From NCBI GenBank assembly GCA_048941625.1, contig JBHLNK010000002.1:5098-69097 (forward strand): a stretch of DNA of 64,000 nt. Direction: 5' to 3'. This stretch comes from Promethearchaeota archaeon (GTDB lineage: Archaea > Asgardarchaeota > Lokiarchaeia > Sigyniarchaeales > SOKP01). Shown in pieces: positions 9,912-19,723 of the stretch. The translations under genes and the position numbers were made by a program. Numbering within the stretch: position 1 is the first letter of the stretch; every line of letters begins with the position of its first letter. A model generated the notes under the pieces. The model saw only the letters and a program-made list of their open reading frames with translations. It was not told where the DNA came from and did no database searches.

Positions 9912-11948
9912 TTAAATCGAATTATTTTTTTTGAATTTTTTAAAATAATCCTTAATGGTTTCATCTAAAAGACTCTCTTCTGCGATAAATGGTAATGTTA
10001 AATGTCCTCTTTTTTCATTTCCTATATTCCAATTGTATGCTGTTTTAAACGCATTAGTATTTCTAGCCCAACTCCTCCTAGCTATACCACCCATTACATC
10101 CCATTCGATAGCTTTTTTAATAACATTATTAATCCTATCGGAACCATCTAAAACTAATCCAAATCCTCCATTAAAACATTTCCCAATTCCAACACCACCT
10201 CCATTTGATAGAACTACATATGTCATTCCTCTAATAGCATTTCCAGCAAAACAATGAACAGCCATCTCTGCCATTATATTACTTCCATCTTTAACATTTG
10301 ATGTTTCTCTAAAAGGCGAATCTGTTCCTGAGACATCATGATGATCTCTTCCAAGCATAATTGGTCCGATTTCACCTTTCTTTACTAGATCATTAAATTT
10401 TAAAGCAATATTTATACGTTCTTCAGCATCAGCATACAAAATCCTTGCTTTTGTCCCTACAACTAATTTATTCTTTTTCGCATCTCTAATCCAGTAATAA
10501 TTGTCGCGATCTTGAGCTCTTCTCTCTGGATTAATATAACTCATCGCTGTTTGATCAGTTTTATCTAAATCTTCTTCTTTTCCTGAAAGACAGACCCATC
10601 TAAATGGCCCATATCCATAATCGAAACAAATTGGTCCCATAATATCTTCAACATAAGAAGGAAAAACAAATCCTTCTGACAAATCTTGACCATTTTTTGC
10701 AATTTCTGTTACACCTGCATCGAATACTGCCTTCATAAAGGAATTTCCATAATCCCAGAAGAAAGTTCCTCTTTTTCCCATAATATCAATAAGTCTAAAC
10801 TGTTCCTTTAATGAATCATCTACAAGCTTTTTGAATCTTTCATGATCTGTTTTAATTAACTCTCTACCTTCTTTAAAGCTAATCTGATATGGAGTATAAC
10901 CACCTTCATAAACAGCATGGCAGGATGTTTGATCTGAAGCTAATTCAACCTTTATATTTTTTTCTACAATATATTTCCACAAATCAACTACATTACCATT
11001 ATATGCTATAGATAGAGGTCTCTTTGTTTTTCGAGCATCATCAACCCATTTAAAAATCTCGTTTAAATCTTCAGAAATTCTGGAAACCCATCCTTGTTCG
11101 TGTCTTGTTTTAGTTCTTGATTCATCAACTTCAGCGATCACTCCGATTCCACCAGATATTTCTATTGCTTTCGCTTGTGCCCCACTCATCCCTCCCAATC
11201 CAGAAGAAATGTATAAAATTCCCCCTAAATCTTGATTCTGAGGGATATTTAAATACAATCTACCAGCATTCAATAGTGTAATGTAAGTTCCATGTACTAT
11301 ACCTTGGGGGCCAATATACATCCAACCACCAGCAGTCATTTGCCCATAATTAGCAACACCCAAAGCTGCCGCAATTGAAAAATCTTGGGGATTATCGAAC
11401 ATACCAACCATCAAACCATTTGTGGAAATAACTCTTGGAGCTTTAGGAAATGTCGGGAAGAGTCCTAAGGGATGTCCAGATGCTACAACAAGAGTTTGAT
11501 AATTATTCATTAGTTCAAGATATTTTTTGACAAGACGATATTGCATCCAGTTTTGAAATACCTGTCCACTTTCTCCGTATGTAACTAATTCATAAGGATA
11601 AAGAGCAACATCAAAATCTAAATTATTATCAATCATTACTTGAAGTGCTTTCCCTTCAAGTGTATTTCCTTTATATTCTTCGACTGGTTTTGCTTTTATA
11701 GCACCTTCTGGTCTATATCTATAACCATATATCCTACCTCTTGATACTAATTCTTCCAAAAATTCAGGTAATATTTTCTCATGCAAAGAAGGATGAATAT
11801 ATCTTAGAGCATTTTTTAAAGATAATTTGGTTTGCGGTTTAGTTAAATTAAATCCTCTGGATGGAGCTCTTCTAACACCCTCAATAAATTTAGGATAAGG
11901 AGGAAGTTCTTCAGACAACTTAATTTTCATGGCTTTTGGAATATCCAT
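9912..11948 (-). CDS. hutU: Urocanate hydratase (long, ~680-aa form)
   Basis: YGQMTAGGWMYIGPQGIVHGT, GLGGMSGAQ, SDQTSCH, GPFRWVCLSG, GRDHHD. Confidence 0.96.
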   Translation of the reverse strand: MDIPKAMKIKLSEELPPYPKFIEGVRRAPSRGFNLTKPQTKLSLKNALRYIHPSLHEKILPEFLEELVSRGRIYGYRYRPEGAIKAKPVEEYKGNTLEGKALQVMIDNNLDFDVALYPYELVTYGESGQVFQNWMQYRLVKKYLELMNNYQTLVVASGHPLGLFPTFPKAPRVISTNGLMVGMFDNPQDFSIAAALGVANYGQMTAGGWMYIGPQGIVHGTYITLLNAGRLYLNIPQNQDLGGILYISSGLGGMSGAQAKAIEISGGIGVIAEVDESRTKTRHEQGWVSRISEDLNEIFKWVDDARKTKRPLSIAYNGNVVDLWKYIVEKNIKVELASDQTSCHAVYEGGYTPYQISFKEGRELIKTDHERFKKLVDDSLKEQFRLIDIMGKRGTFFWDYGNSFMKAVFDAGVTEIAKNGQDLSEGFVFPSYVEDIMGPICFDYGYGPFRWVCLSGKEEDLDKTDQTAMSYINPERRAQDRDNYYWIRDAKKNKLVVGTKARILYADAEERINIALKFNDLVKKGEIGPIMLGRDHHDVSGTDSPFRETSNVKDGSNIMAEMAVHCFAGNAIRGMTYVVLSNGGGVGIGKCFNGGFGLVLDGSDRINNVIKKAIEWDVMGGIARRSWARNTNAFKTAYNWNIGNEKRGHLTLPFIAEESLLDETIKDYFKKFKKNNSI

Positions 11949-12083
11949 AGTTTATCTAACTTCATTTAATATATAAATAATATGATTTTAAGTTTGTTTT
12001 ACATTGATTGATTATAATAACTAATCATAATTGAAAAGAAAATCTTTTCATAATTTTAAAATAGTTATCATGAATAGTTCCTA

Positions 12084-13817
12084 TCATTTGAGAATTTTAA
12101 TTCCTCTCAGTTCCAACTTATGTAGTACGTCTAAATATCCCTTGATGTTATTTTTTTCTATATTTAGATATTGAAGAGAGGGAAGTGATTCCAAGGATGC
12201 TGGAAGATCCATCAAATAATTTGATCTTAAAAATAAATATTTCATCTTTTTAAGCCGTCCTATTGAATCAGGCAAACTAGTCAATTTATTGTTTCCTAAA
12301 TATAAGTATTTTAGAGATTGCAATGACCCTATAGTTTCAGGAATTTGTTCTAATTCGTTATAATATAAATAAAGGTGCTTAAGTGAAGTAAGGGCGCCTA
12401 TACTTTCAGGAATGGAGATTAAATGATTTTTACCAACATCTAATACTTCCAGAGTTGTAAGAAAACCCAAAGATTTTGGGATTATTGATAATTTATTGAA
12501 ACCTATAATTAGATTCTTTATTATTGGAAGTGCACCGATAGATGGATGGATCTCTTTTAATTTATTAGTGGAAAGATCTAATTCCAAAAGAGAATTTAAT
12601 AAACCTATTGATTCAGGCAATTCAACTAATAAATTTTTACTTAAATCTAATATTTCTAAAGAAGTAATTGAACCAATAGATTCAGGTAAATTCATCAATT
12701 GGTTATCATATAGATTTAATTCTTTAAGAGATTTTAATTTTCCAATTGATTCAGGTAGCTCTCCAATTTGATTGATATTTAATCTTAATGTTTCAAGGTT
12801 GTTAAGATTCCCTATGGATTCAGGAAGCGATTTTAAATTATTTCTACCACATCTTAAAATTTTGAGAGAAGAGAGTTCTCCAATAGAATCTGGTAATTTT
12901 TCTAATTTGTTATCTGACATTTCAAGCCTTAACAAAGATTTGAGGGAACCTATTGAATTGGGGATATCTGTCAACATGTTAGAAGACACACTTAAGTTTT
13001 CTAGTGAAGATAAAGACCCAATACTTTCAGGAAGAGACTTTAACTTGTTTGAAGATAAGCCTAAATAAATTAAATTTTTTAATTGACCTACTGTTTCAGG
13101 TAATCTAACTAGTTTATTTCCCTTTAAAAAGAGTGAAGTAAGAGATGACAAAGAACCTATAGTTATTGGCAAGTTTTCTATTTCATTATTTCTTAAGTTC
13201 AATCTATTAAGTGATGCTAAATTACTAATTGCATTAGGGAGACTTGTCAATCTATTGTTTCCTAAATAGAGAATTTCTAAGTTTTTCAAATTTCCTATAG
13301 AATCAGGTAGAATTTCTATTTTATTGCCACTTAAATCTAAAGTTTTTAGATTTTGTATTTTTTCAATTGAGGATGGAATTCTTTTAAGTTTATTTTCACT
13401 AACATCTAATATTTCCAAATAACCAAGTGATCCAATTGAATCTGGTAACCTTTCCAATTGATTTGTTTCTAAGTGTAATTCTCTAAGAGATGAAAGGAGA
13501 TTAATAGATTCTGGTAATTCTGCAAAATGATTTTCACTTAAATCGAAAACTTCAAGTTTATCTAAATTGAATAATTCCATAGGTATTGAATCTAAGTTAT
13601 TACCTCTAAGGTAAATTTCTTTCAAGGCAGAAAATACTTCAATTTCCTCAGGAATTGTGGATAATCCACAAGAATAAAGACTCAAACCAGTAATGTGACC
13701 TCCTTCCAGACGATAACCTAAAGAGTACCGCTCTAACTGAGAAAATTCAGTTATATTTTCTCCTATATGCTCTTTGAGTGTTTCTAATGCTTCTAATTCA
13801 TCTTCTAAAATTGACAT
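12084..13817 (-). CDS. Leucine-rich repeat protein (~21-22 tandem 23-aa repeats)
   Basis: Repeats of LxxLxLxxNxLxxLPxSIGxLxx over nearly the whole length, short N-cap. Confidence 0.95.
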   Translation of the reverse strand: MSILEDELEALETLKEHIGENITEFSQLERYSLGYRLEGGHITGLSLYSCGLSTIPEEIEVFSALKEIYLRGNNLDSIPMELFNLDKLEVFDLSENHFAELPESINLLSSLRELHLETNQLERLPDSIGSLGYLEILDVSENKLKRIPSSIEKIQNLKTLDLSGNKIEILPDSIGNLKNLEILYLGNNRLTSLPNAISNLASLNRLNLRNNEIENLPITIGSLSSLTSLFLKGNKLVRLPETVGQLKNLIYLGLSSNKLKSLPESIGSLSSLENLSVSSNMLTDIPNSIGSLKSLLRLEMSDNKLEKLPDSIGELSSLKILRCGRNNLKSLPESIGNLNNLETLRLNINQIGELPESIGKLKSLKELNLYDNQLMNLPESIGSITSLEILDLSKNLLVELPESIGLLNSLLELDLSTNKLKEIHPSIGALPIIKNLIIGFNKLSIIPKSLGFLTTLEVLDVGKNHLISIPESIGALTSLKHLYLYYNELEQIPETIGSLQSLKYLYLGNNKLTSLPDSIGRLKKMKYLFLRSNYLMDLPASLESLPSLQYLNIEKNNIKGYLDVLHKLELRGIKILK

Positions 13818-13945
13818 GATAATAATTATAAGTTTCCTTTAGATAATATTATAATCTAGTTTTATTTATGTTTAATATTTTGGATATTTACTCATGTCTA
13901 TGTAGGTTAATTAAAAAAAAATAAAAAATTAAGTTAAACCTTTAA

Positions 13946-15145
13946 TTAGAAATCTACATCTTTTCCCTCATATGAATATTGATATAAGCGTTTAATATCT
14001 TCTTTATTAGGGATTCTTGGAGCCATAACTCCAGATGGATCTTGAAAGAATAAACTTATTAGATCATTTAGATTATTGTCAAATTGTTCTTTCGAAACGC
14101 CTAAGTCTTTAAGATTAGAAATGAAATTAACAGTTTTTTGAAGTTCTTTTATCTTATCAACCACTTTAAAAGCTGCTTTCTTATCATTATCATCCCAGTT
14201 GGCCCAACCGAGTTTTTTTGCTAGATCAGAATACATTAGAATAGATTCATTAGATTCACCTGGAGCATTTAAACAGTATTGTGTAATATATCGTAAAAAA
14301 AGACCTACAGCATTCCCGTGAGGTGTATGGAAAACCGCACCCCAACTATGTCCCATTGCATGAGCCAAATGAGCTTGAGAATTACCAAATGCTAATCCTG
14401 CCATAGTTGCTGCTTGATGTAGATAATCTCTAGCTTCTTTATTATTCCCATCTTTATAAGCAATAGGGAGATATTTGAAAACAAGTTCAATTGCTTTCAA
14501 TCCCATAGCATTACTGAATTCATTCCTCCACATTGATATATAAGCCTCAATAGAATGTGATAATGCGTCAAAAGCAGTGTAGGCTGTCAATTCTGGTGGC
14601 ATACCAGTTGGAAAGATTGGATCTACAATAGCATAAGTTGGAACTAACATCATATGAGATAAAGACATCTTTCTCCTAACATTTCCTTGAAGTCGTGAAA
14701 TAACAGTAGCCCAAGTTACCTCAGAGCCAGTACCTGAGGTAGTCGGAATCGCAATTAGTTTCGCTTTGTTTCCAAAGTCATATAATTCTTCATTGAAAGG
14801 ATCTAAATTGCTTAGCGTATAATTTGGATATTCATACATTACCCAAATTCCTTTGGCAGTGTCAATAACAGAACCACCTCCTAAAGCAATAATTAAATCA
14901 GGTTCATACTTATTACAATGTTCTTTACCTTTCATTACGTCTTCTTCATGAGGATCTGGAACAACGTCTTTAAAAACCATATATGACTTTTCAAATTTAT
15001 CTAATTTATCTGTTAGAATCTTTAGATAACCTAACTCATCAATAAGATTATCAGTAACAATAAAACATTTTTTTCCCTTTACTTTTTCAATAAAATCTAG
15101 AGCGTCTTCACCATATATTATATTTTGGCAATAGAAGTGCCACAT
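13946..15145 (-). CDS. Iron-containing alcohol dehydrogenase
   Basis: GGGSVID, IPTTSGTGSEVT, DALSHSIEAY, HAMGH...HG. Confidence 0.92.
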   Translation of the reverse strand: MWHFYCQNIIYGEDALDFIEKVKGKKCFIVTDNLIDELGYLKILTDKLDKFEKSYMVFKDVVPDPHEEDVMKGKEHCNKYEPDLIIALGGGSVIDTAKGIWVMYEYPNYTLSNLDPFNEELYDFGNKAKLIAIPTTSGTGSEVTWATVISRLQGNVRRKMSLSHMMLVPTYAIVDPIFPTGMPPELTAYTAFDALSHSIEAYISMWRNEFSNAMGLKAIELVFKYLPIAYKDGNNKEARDYLHQAATMAGLAFGNSQAHLAHAMGHSWGAVFHTPHGNAVGLFLRYITQYCLNAPGESNESILMYSDLAKKLGWANWDDNDKKAAFKVVDKIKELQKTVNFISNLKDLGVSKEQFDNNLNDLISLFFQDPSGVMAPRIPNKEDIKRLYQYSYEGKDVDF

Positions 15146-15299
15146 ATTTACTTATCACCTTTAGTTTTTACATGTTTATTCGTGTTTTTTATATTTCGAT
15201 ATTAATATTTATGGCTTTATCAAATTTAAAATATTCAAATTAAAATTACATTAAAATTTTAATATTATCCTAATTTTATTTTAAATTAATTAGGAAATT

Positions 15300-15725
15300 A
15301 TGGAGAAATATTTTATTATGGAAGAATCAGAGCAAGATAATTTATTCACTACTTTTCAGCAGACTATTGATAGTGTAATAAAAGAAAAAAAGCAAAATCC
15401 AAAGTATGAAAAGCTGTTGAGAAAATTTAAAGCAAGAATAATAATTGGCTTACAAATCGAAGAAGATTATTATTTTTGGGTAAATTTAATGGCTAATGAA
15501 GGAAATTTTTCTCTCGGGAAAGGTAAATTAGAGGAGTTTGATTTAGAACTTAGAGCATCCCCAGAAGATTTAGTATTTTTTGTAAATGGAGAGAACTCAG
15601 TTGTCAATATGATACTTCAAAAGAATAGCTTTGGATATAGAAAATTAAGATTTTCAAAGGGAACAACTGGAAAACGTAATATAGGAATTTTATTAAAACT
15701 CTCAAAAATTCTAGTTTTAGACTGA
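15300..15725 (+). CDS. SCP2 (sterol carrier protein 2)-like protein
   Basis: Size and pattern (..SLGKGKLEEFDLELRASPEDLVFFVNGE..) resemble the SCP2 fold. Confidence 0.55.
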   Translation: MEKYFIMEESEQDNLFTTFQQTIDSVIKEKKQNPKYEKLLRKFKARIIIGLQIEEDYYFWVNLMANEGNFSLGKGKLEEFDLELRASPEDLVFFVNGENSVVNMILQKNSFGYRKLRFSKGTTGKRNIGILLKLSKILVLD

Positions 15726-15746
15726 ATTTGAAATTAAAAAAATGTT

Positions 15747-16376
15747 TCAAAAATTTTTATAAATTTTGTTATTTTTTGCTATAAAATTAAATTTTGATTC
15801 TAAAATTGTTTTCAGTTGCCTCTCAAGCTGGAATAAACGTACTAAAATCTTATAATTCATCACATTAATGGATAATTCAATAAAAGAAGGATTTCCTGTA
15901 GCTAGGAAAGACCAAGCGCCTGTCACACTTCCAGGGTTTAATAACAATATTCCATTATTCGTTAAATGAACTTCTTCTTTATGAGTATGACCTGAAACTA
16001 AAATATTGAAACCTTTTTCTTGAGAAAGAAACTCCAATTGATCAAGATCTCCTCGAGGATTAATTTGTGCCCCATGTGTTAAGCCTATGCTAATTTTTAT
16101 ATTTCCTTCAAATAAGATATCTAATTTCTGATATGTTGGAGATTTTCGTTCACCATAATGATAATCCATATTTCCTATAACTTTAAATAAGTCTTTCTTA
16201 GTTTTTTGCTCTAAAAAATCAATTAAGCTAGGAAATGTAATTAAATCTCCTGTAAAGAGTGTATAGTCAAAAAGGTTAACATGAGTTAATTGATTTAATT
16301 TATCATAAATTTGAGAAGGTAAGTCTTTTACTCGAACAGGTATATGTGAATCTCCTATACACAATATTCGAACCAT
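15747..16376 (-). CDS. Vps29/YfcE-like metallophosphoesterase
   Basis: IGDSHIP, TGD, GNMD, GLTHGAQINPRGD, SGHTH, NPGSVTGAW. Confidence 0.88.
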   Translation of the reverse strand: MVRILCIGDSHIPVRVKDLPSQIYDKLNQLTHVNLFDYTLFTGDLITFPSLIDFLEQKTKKDLFKVIGNMDYHYGERKSPTYQKLDILFEGNIKISIGLTHGAQINPRGDLDQLEFLSQEKGFNILVSGHTHKEEVHLTNNGILLLNPGSVTGAWSFLATGNPSFIELSINVMNYKILVRLFQLERQLKTILESKFNFIAKNNKIYKNF

Positions 16377-16385
16377 GGTAAAGAA

Positions 16386-17861
16386 CTATTCTTTATATTT
16401 GTTTTTTGATTCTTGGACTAATATCCTGAAATTTTTTATCATTTCTTCTAGATTTGGAAAAACAGGAATATTGTGTTCACTCATTAGTCGCTTAACTTTT
16501 TTTACTTCTCTAATTTCACCTATTAGCCAAAAAAGTATAGGTTTTTTGGTATGATTAATATTTTCAACCAGATAATTGTAATCAGTGAAATTCCTAAATT
16601 GACTTGAACAAAATAGCATAATAAGAATTCCTTCAATTTTCTCATCATTTAATAATTTTTTAATGACAGAAATCATAAGATGCCCAGGACTTAAATTATT
16701 CATCATAGCTTTCTCCATTGCTGGCCAAAAATCAATTAAAGCAAATCTATTTGGAGGCATCCAGTCGGGGAAGACTTCAACAAGGATATTATATAATTTA
16801 TCATCAAACTCAGGAAATTTCATATTATATTTACTTGTGATATCCGCAACTATTGTACCAGCTCCTCCTGATCCCGTAATCATTGAGATATTTCCTAATT
16901 TTGGCATAATTTTATTCTCAGTGTACATCATTGAAAATGTTCGAGAATATTGAAATAATTCATAAAAGGAGTTTGCTTGAATTACTCCAGATTGTTTAAT
17001 AATTGCATTTATTAATTGTGAGTTTTCTGCCATAGATCCTGTGTGACTTAAAGTTGCTTTTTGACCTTGTTCAGTAATTCCCCCTTTTACAAAAATTATT
17101 GTTTTATTTGGAATACTTTTCACTTTCTGGCATAACTCAATAAATTTTCTTGGATTTTTAAAAGATTCAAGATAAATCGCAATTACATTAACCGTAGGAT
17201 CTTCTATAAAATATTCTAAGAATTCAATCTCACTTAAATCCATTTTGTTTCCAATTGTACAAGAATAACGGATACCTAAGTCGGGATATTTCTCCATTAA
17301 ATATATTAAATAACCACCATTTAACATCCCAGATTGGCTAATTATAGCTATATTACCTCTTCTATATTTATAAAATACAGCAAAACTGGCAAAAAAACCT
17401 CCTTTTTCTTCAGTATTATCGCTACTCTGATCTATCCGTGAAAGTCCCATGCAATTCGGTCCTAGGACTCGCATCTTCGAGAAATTATCTGTAATTTTTA
17501 ATATCTGATCTCTTAACTCAAAACCTTTATCTCCTACTTCTTCAAAACCAGAGGCTTCGATTATTGCTCCTTTAATTCCTTTTTTAATGCAATCTTCTAG
17601 GATAGTAGGAATTTTTTGATTTGGTACATAAAAGATGGCCAAATCCACATCATCTTGTATATCCAAAACCGATTTTTTAAAGTCTAATCCAAAAAGTTTT
17701 CCCTCTGAATTTGGATTTATCGGATAAATTTTGCCATTAAAATTATTTAATACTAAATTATTCATAATACGATGGCCGCCTTTAGTTGGATTCTTTGAAG
17801 CTCCAATTACAGCAACACTTTTTGGATTTAAAAATATATCAATTATATTATTATTAGACAA
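16386..17861 (-). CDS. NDP-forming acyl-CoA synthetase alpha-type subunit (CoA-binding)
   Basis: NPKSVAVIGAS, YPINP, GFEE, LGPNCMG, ISQSG, phospho-His motif SHTGSMA, GSGGAG. Confidence 0.85.
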   Translation of the reverse strand: MSNNNIIDIFLNPKSVAVIGASKNPTKGGHRIMNNLVLNNFNGKIYPINPNSEGKLFGLDFKKSVLDIQDDVDLAIFYVPNQKIPTILEDCIKKGIKGAIIEASGFEEVGDKGFELRDQILKITDNFSKMRVLGPNCMGLSRIDQSSDNTEEKGGFFASFAVFYKYRRGNIAIISQSGMLNGGYLIYLMEKYPDLGIRYSCTIGNKMDLSEIEFLEYFIEDPTVNVIAIYLESFKNPRKFIELCQKVKSIPNKTIIFVKGGITEQGQKATLSHTGSMAENSQLINAIIKQSGVIQANSFYELFQYSRTFSMMYTENKIMPKLGNISMITGSGGAGTIVADITSKYNMKFPEFDDKLYNILVEVFPDWMPPNRFALIDFWPAMEKAMMNNLSPGHLMISVIKKLLNDEKIEGILIMLFCSSQFRNFTDYNYLVENINHTKKPILFWLIGEIREVKKVKRLMSEHNIPVFPNLEEMIKNFRILVQESKNKYKE

Positions 17862-17895
17862 TTTAGATAAGCTTCCATGTTAGTGATTAATTAAT

Positions 17896-19008
17896 TTATA
17901 TCTCTTTGTATTTTCTATATTCTTTTTGAACGAATTGATATAATTCTCTTGCTTTTTTGTCTTTTTCAAAGTGTTCAATAACAGGAGCTAAAAATTGGTT
18001 TAAGTATTTTATTACCGCTAATTTTAAATCTGGTGGATTTAATTTGCCTTCTACGTAATCTCTCTCTAAATCACTAAATGAGGAATATTTAACATATCCA
18101 CCATATTTCTCGGGACGATCAATTTCAAAATTATCAATTAGCTCAAAAATGATATATTTACAATATTCTAAAACAGGGTTTTCACTAGCTTGTTTAGGAG
18201 GACAATAAGCTTTATCAATTTTTCGTTTGACTTCTTTGGGTGAGTCTAACATAAAAATTGCAGAATCAGGGTCAGATTTTGACATTTTAATATCTATTGC
18301 TCTATCTATCCCAGTTGAATCTACTGTAGGTGGTTTTAATCCCATTAACATATGATGATGAATAGCAATTGGTTTAGGTTTATTTAATTTCTTTGCAACT
18401 TCTCTTGCTAACATGTTTACCTTTCGTTGATCCATTCCCAATTGACATATATCTGCTGGAAGATAGAAAATATCAGCAGTTTGCATTAAAGGATAGAGAA
18501 TTTGTGAAGCATAAAGTTTATCTGATTCACTTCTACCCATTATTTGAGTACATCTTTTAACTCTTTTTAAGGTAGTTTCTATTCCCACTTTCAAAACTAA
18601 CTCCCAATAATCTGGATTTTTAACTAAATCTGAAGCATAAATAAATTCTACTCTAGTTAAATCCATACCACATACTTTCCATAACTCTATGAAAAAATCT
18701 CCAACTTTTTTAATTATATCTAAATTTCCACCAAATTTTTTGTTTGCAGCAGCATGCCAATCTGCAATTAGAAATTTGAATTTAATTCCGGCTTTCGTTA
18801 TTTTATTTACATTAATAGATCTTAAAAGACCTTGTGCAATGTGAATATTTCCAGAAGGTTCAAATCCATCGTAAGCGTAGATTTCTTTGTTATTAGCAGT
18901 TTTCCATTTTAGCATTTCTTTTAACTCTTCTAAATCGATAATTTCTTCGCCAACTTGTTCTAGTAGAGAAATTCTTTCATCTAAACTTAGAGTCATATTG
19001 TCATTCAC
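17896..19008 (-). CDS. tyrS: Tyrosine--tRNA ligase (archaeal/eukaryotic type)
   Basis: YDGFEPSG, HIAQ (HIGH), YPLMQTADI, GMDQRK, KMSKS. Confidence 0.95.
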   Translation of the reverse strand: MNDNMTLSLDERISLLEQVGEEIIDLEELKEMLKWKTANNKEIYAYDGFEPSGNIHIAQGLLRSINVNKITKAGIKFKFLIADWHAAANKKFGGNLDIIKKVGDFFIELWKVCGMDLTRVEFIYASDLVKNPDYWELVLKVGIETTLKRVKRCTQIMGRSESDKLYASQILYPLMQTADIFYLPADICQLGMDQRKVNMLAREVAKKLNKPKPIAIHHHMLMGLKPPTVDSTGIDRAIDIKMSKSDPDSAIFMLDSPKEVKRKIDKAYCPPKQASENPVLEYCKYIIFELIDNFEIDRPEKYGGYVKYSSFSDLERDYVEGKLNPPDLKLAVIKYLNQFLAPVIEHFEKDKKARELYQFVQKEYRKYKEI

Positions 19009-19114
19009 TAAACGTTTTATAAAATATTAAATTAATTGATTGATAAAATCTTTATGAAATTTACAATTACATACTTAAACTATAATATTAAACAAGATAA
19101 GAAGAAAATCCAAT

Positions 19115-19723
19115 CTAATTTCTAATATCAGGATTTAAAATTTCATAATTTCTCTTTTCGATATTTTTATACCGATAAAAAAATCCTGGTAACCATGCAA
19201 TAACTCCCAAGACAAATCCTAGTACAAAAGTAATCAAATCGTTCCAAATAAAAATTTTGTAGATCAATGTTATGATAAATACTGTTATTCCAACTATAAA
19301 TCTAAAAGGATATTGAAATTTATTATTAACGACTTGATGTAATAAGTAGAAAGCTAATATGATCATATGACCACTTAACGGGATACTAACGATATATCGG
19401 ATAAATGAGAATAAGCCAATGACCATACATTCAATTAATAATAAAATATATAATATTCGTTCTTTTTGTTCATTCCAGAGCCAAATTATTTCTCCTAAAA
19501 GAATCCCATATGGTATAAATATTGGTATCATATATAAAGGAGGAGCTTCAATTGTTAATATTTCAGTAGCTGTTACTACTAAAGGATAACCTCTAATAGT
19601 GAAAAAAAGGAATGAAAATAAAGATATTATCAGAGAAGTTCCATATATGAATATTAATTTCCTAGATTTAGATTTTAAGCTAGTTAGAAATCTTCTCATA
19701 ATTTCATTTAAAATAATAATCAT
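19115..19723 (-). CDS. Multi-pass membrane protein, unknown function
   Basis: About six hydrophobic segments and an SGH motif; overlaps the ppdK stop. Confidence 0.7.
   Translation of the reverse strand: MIIILNEIMRRFLTSLKSKSRKLIFIYGTSLIISLFSFLFFTIRGYPLVVTATEILTIEAPPLYMIPIFIPYGILLGEIIWLWNEQKERILYILLLIECMVIGLFSFIRYIVSIPLSGHMIILAFYLLHQVVNNKFQYPFRFIVGITVFIITLIYKIFIWNDLITFVLGFVLGVIAWLPGFFYRYKNIEKRNYEILNPDIRN

Noticed and set aside
12150-13620. 69-bp periodic DNA similarity resembling a repeat array
   Set aside because: Explained by LRR coding repeats. There are no identical repeats with unique spacers, so it is not CRISPR.
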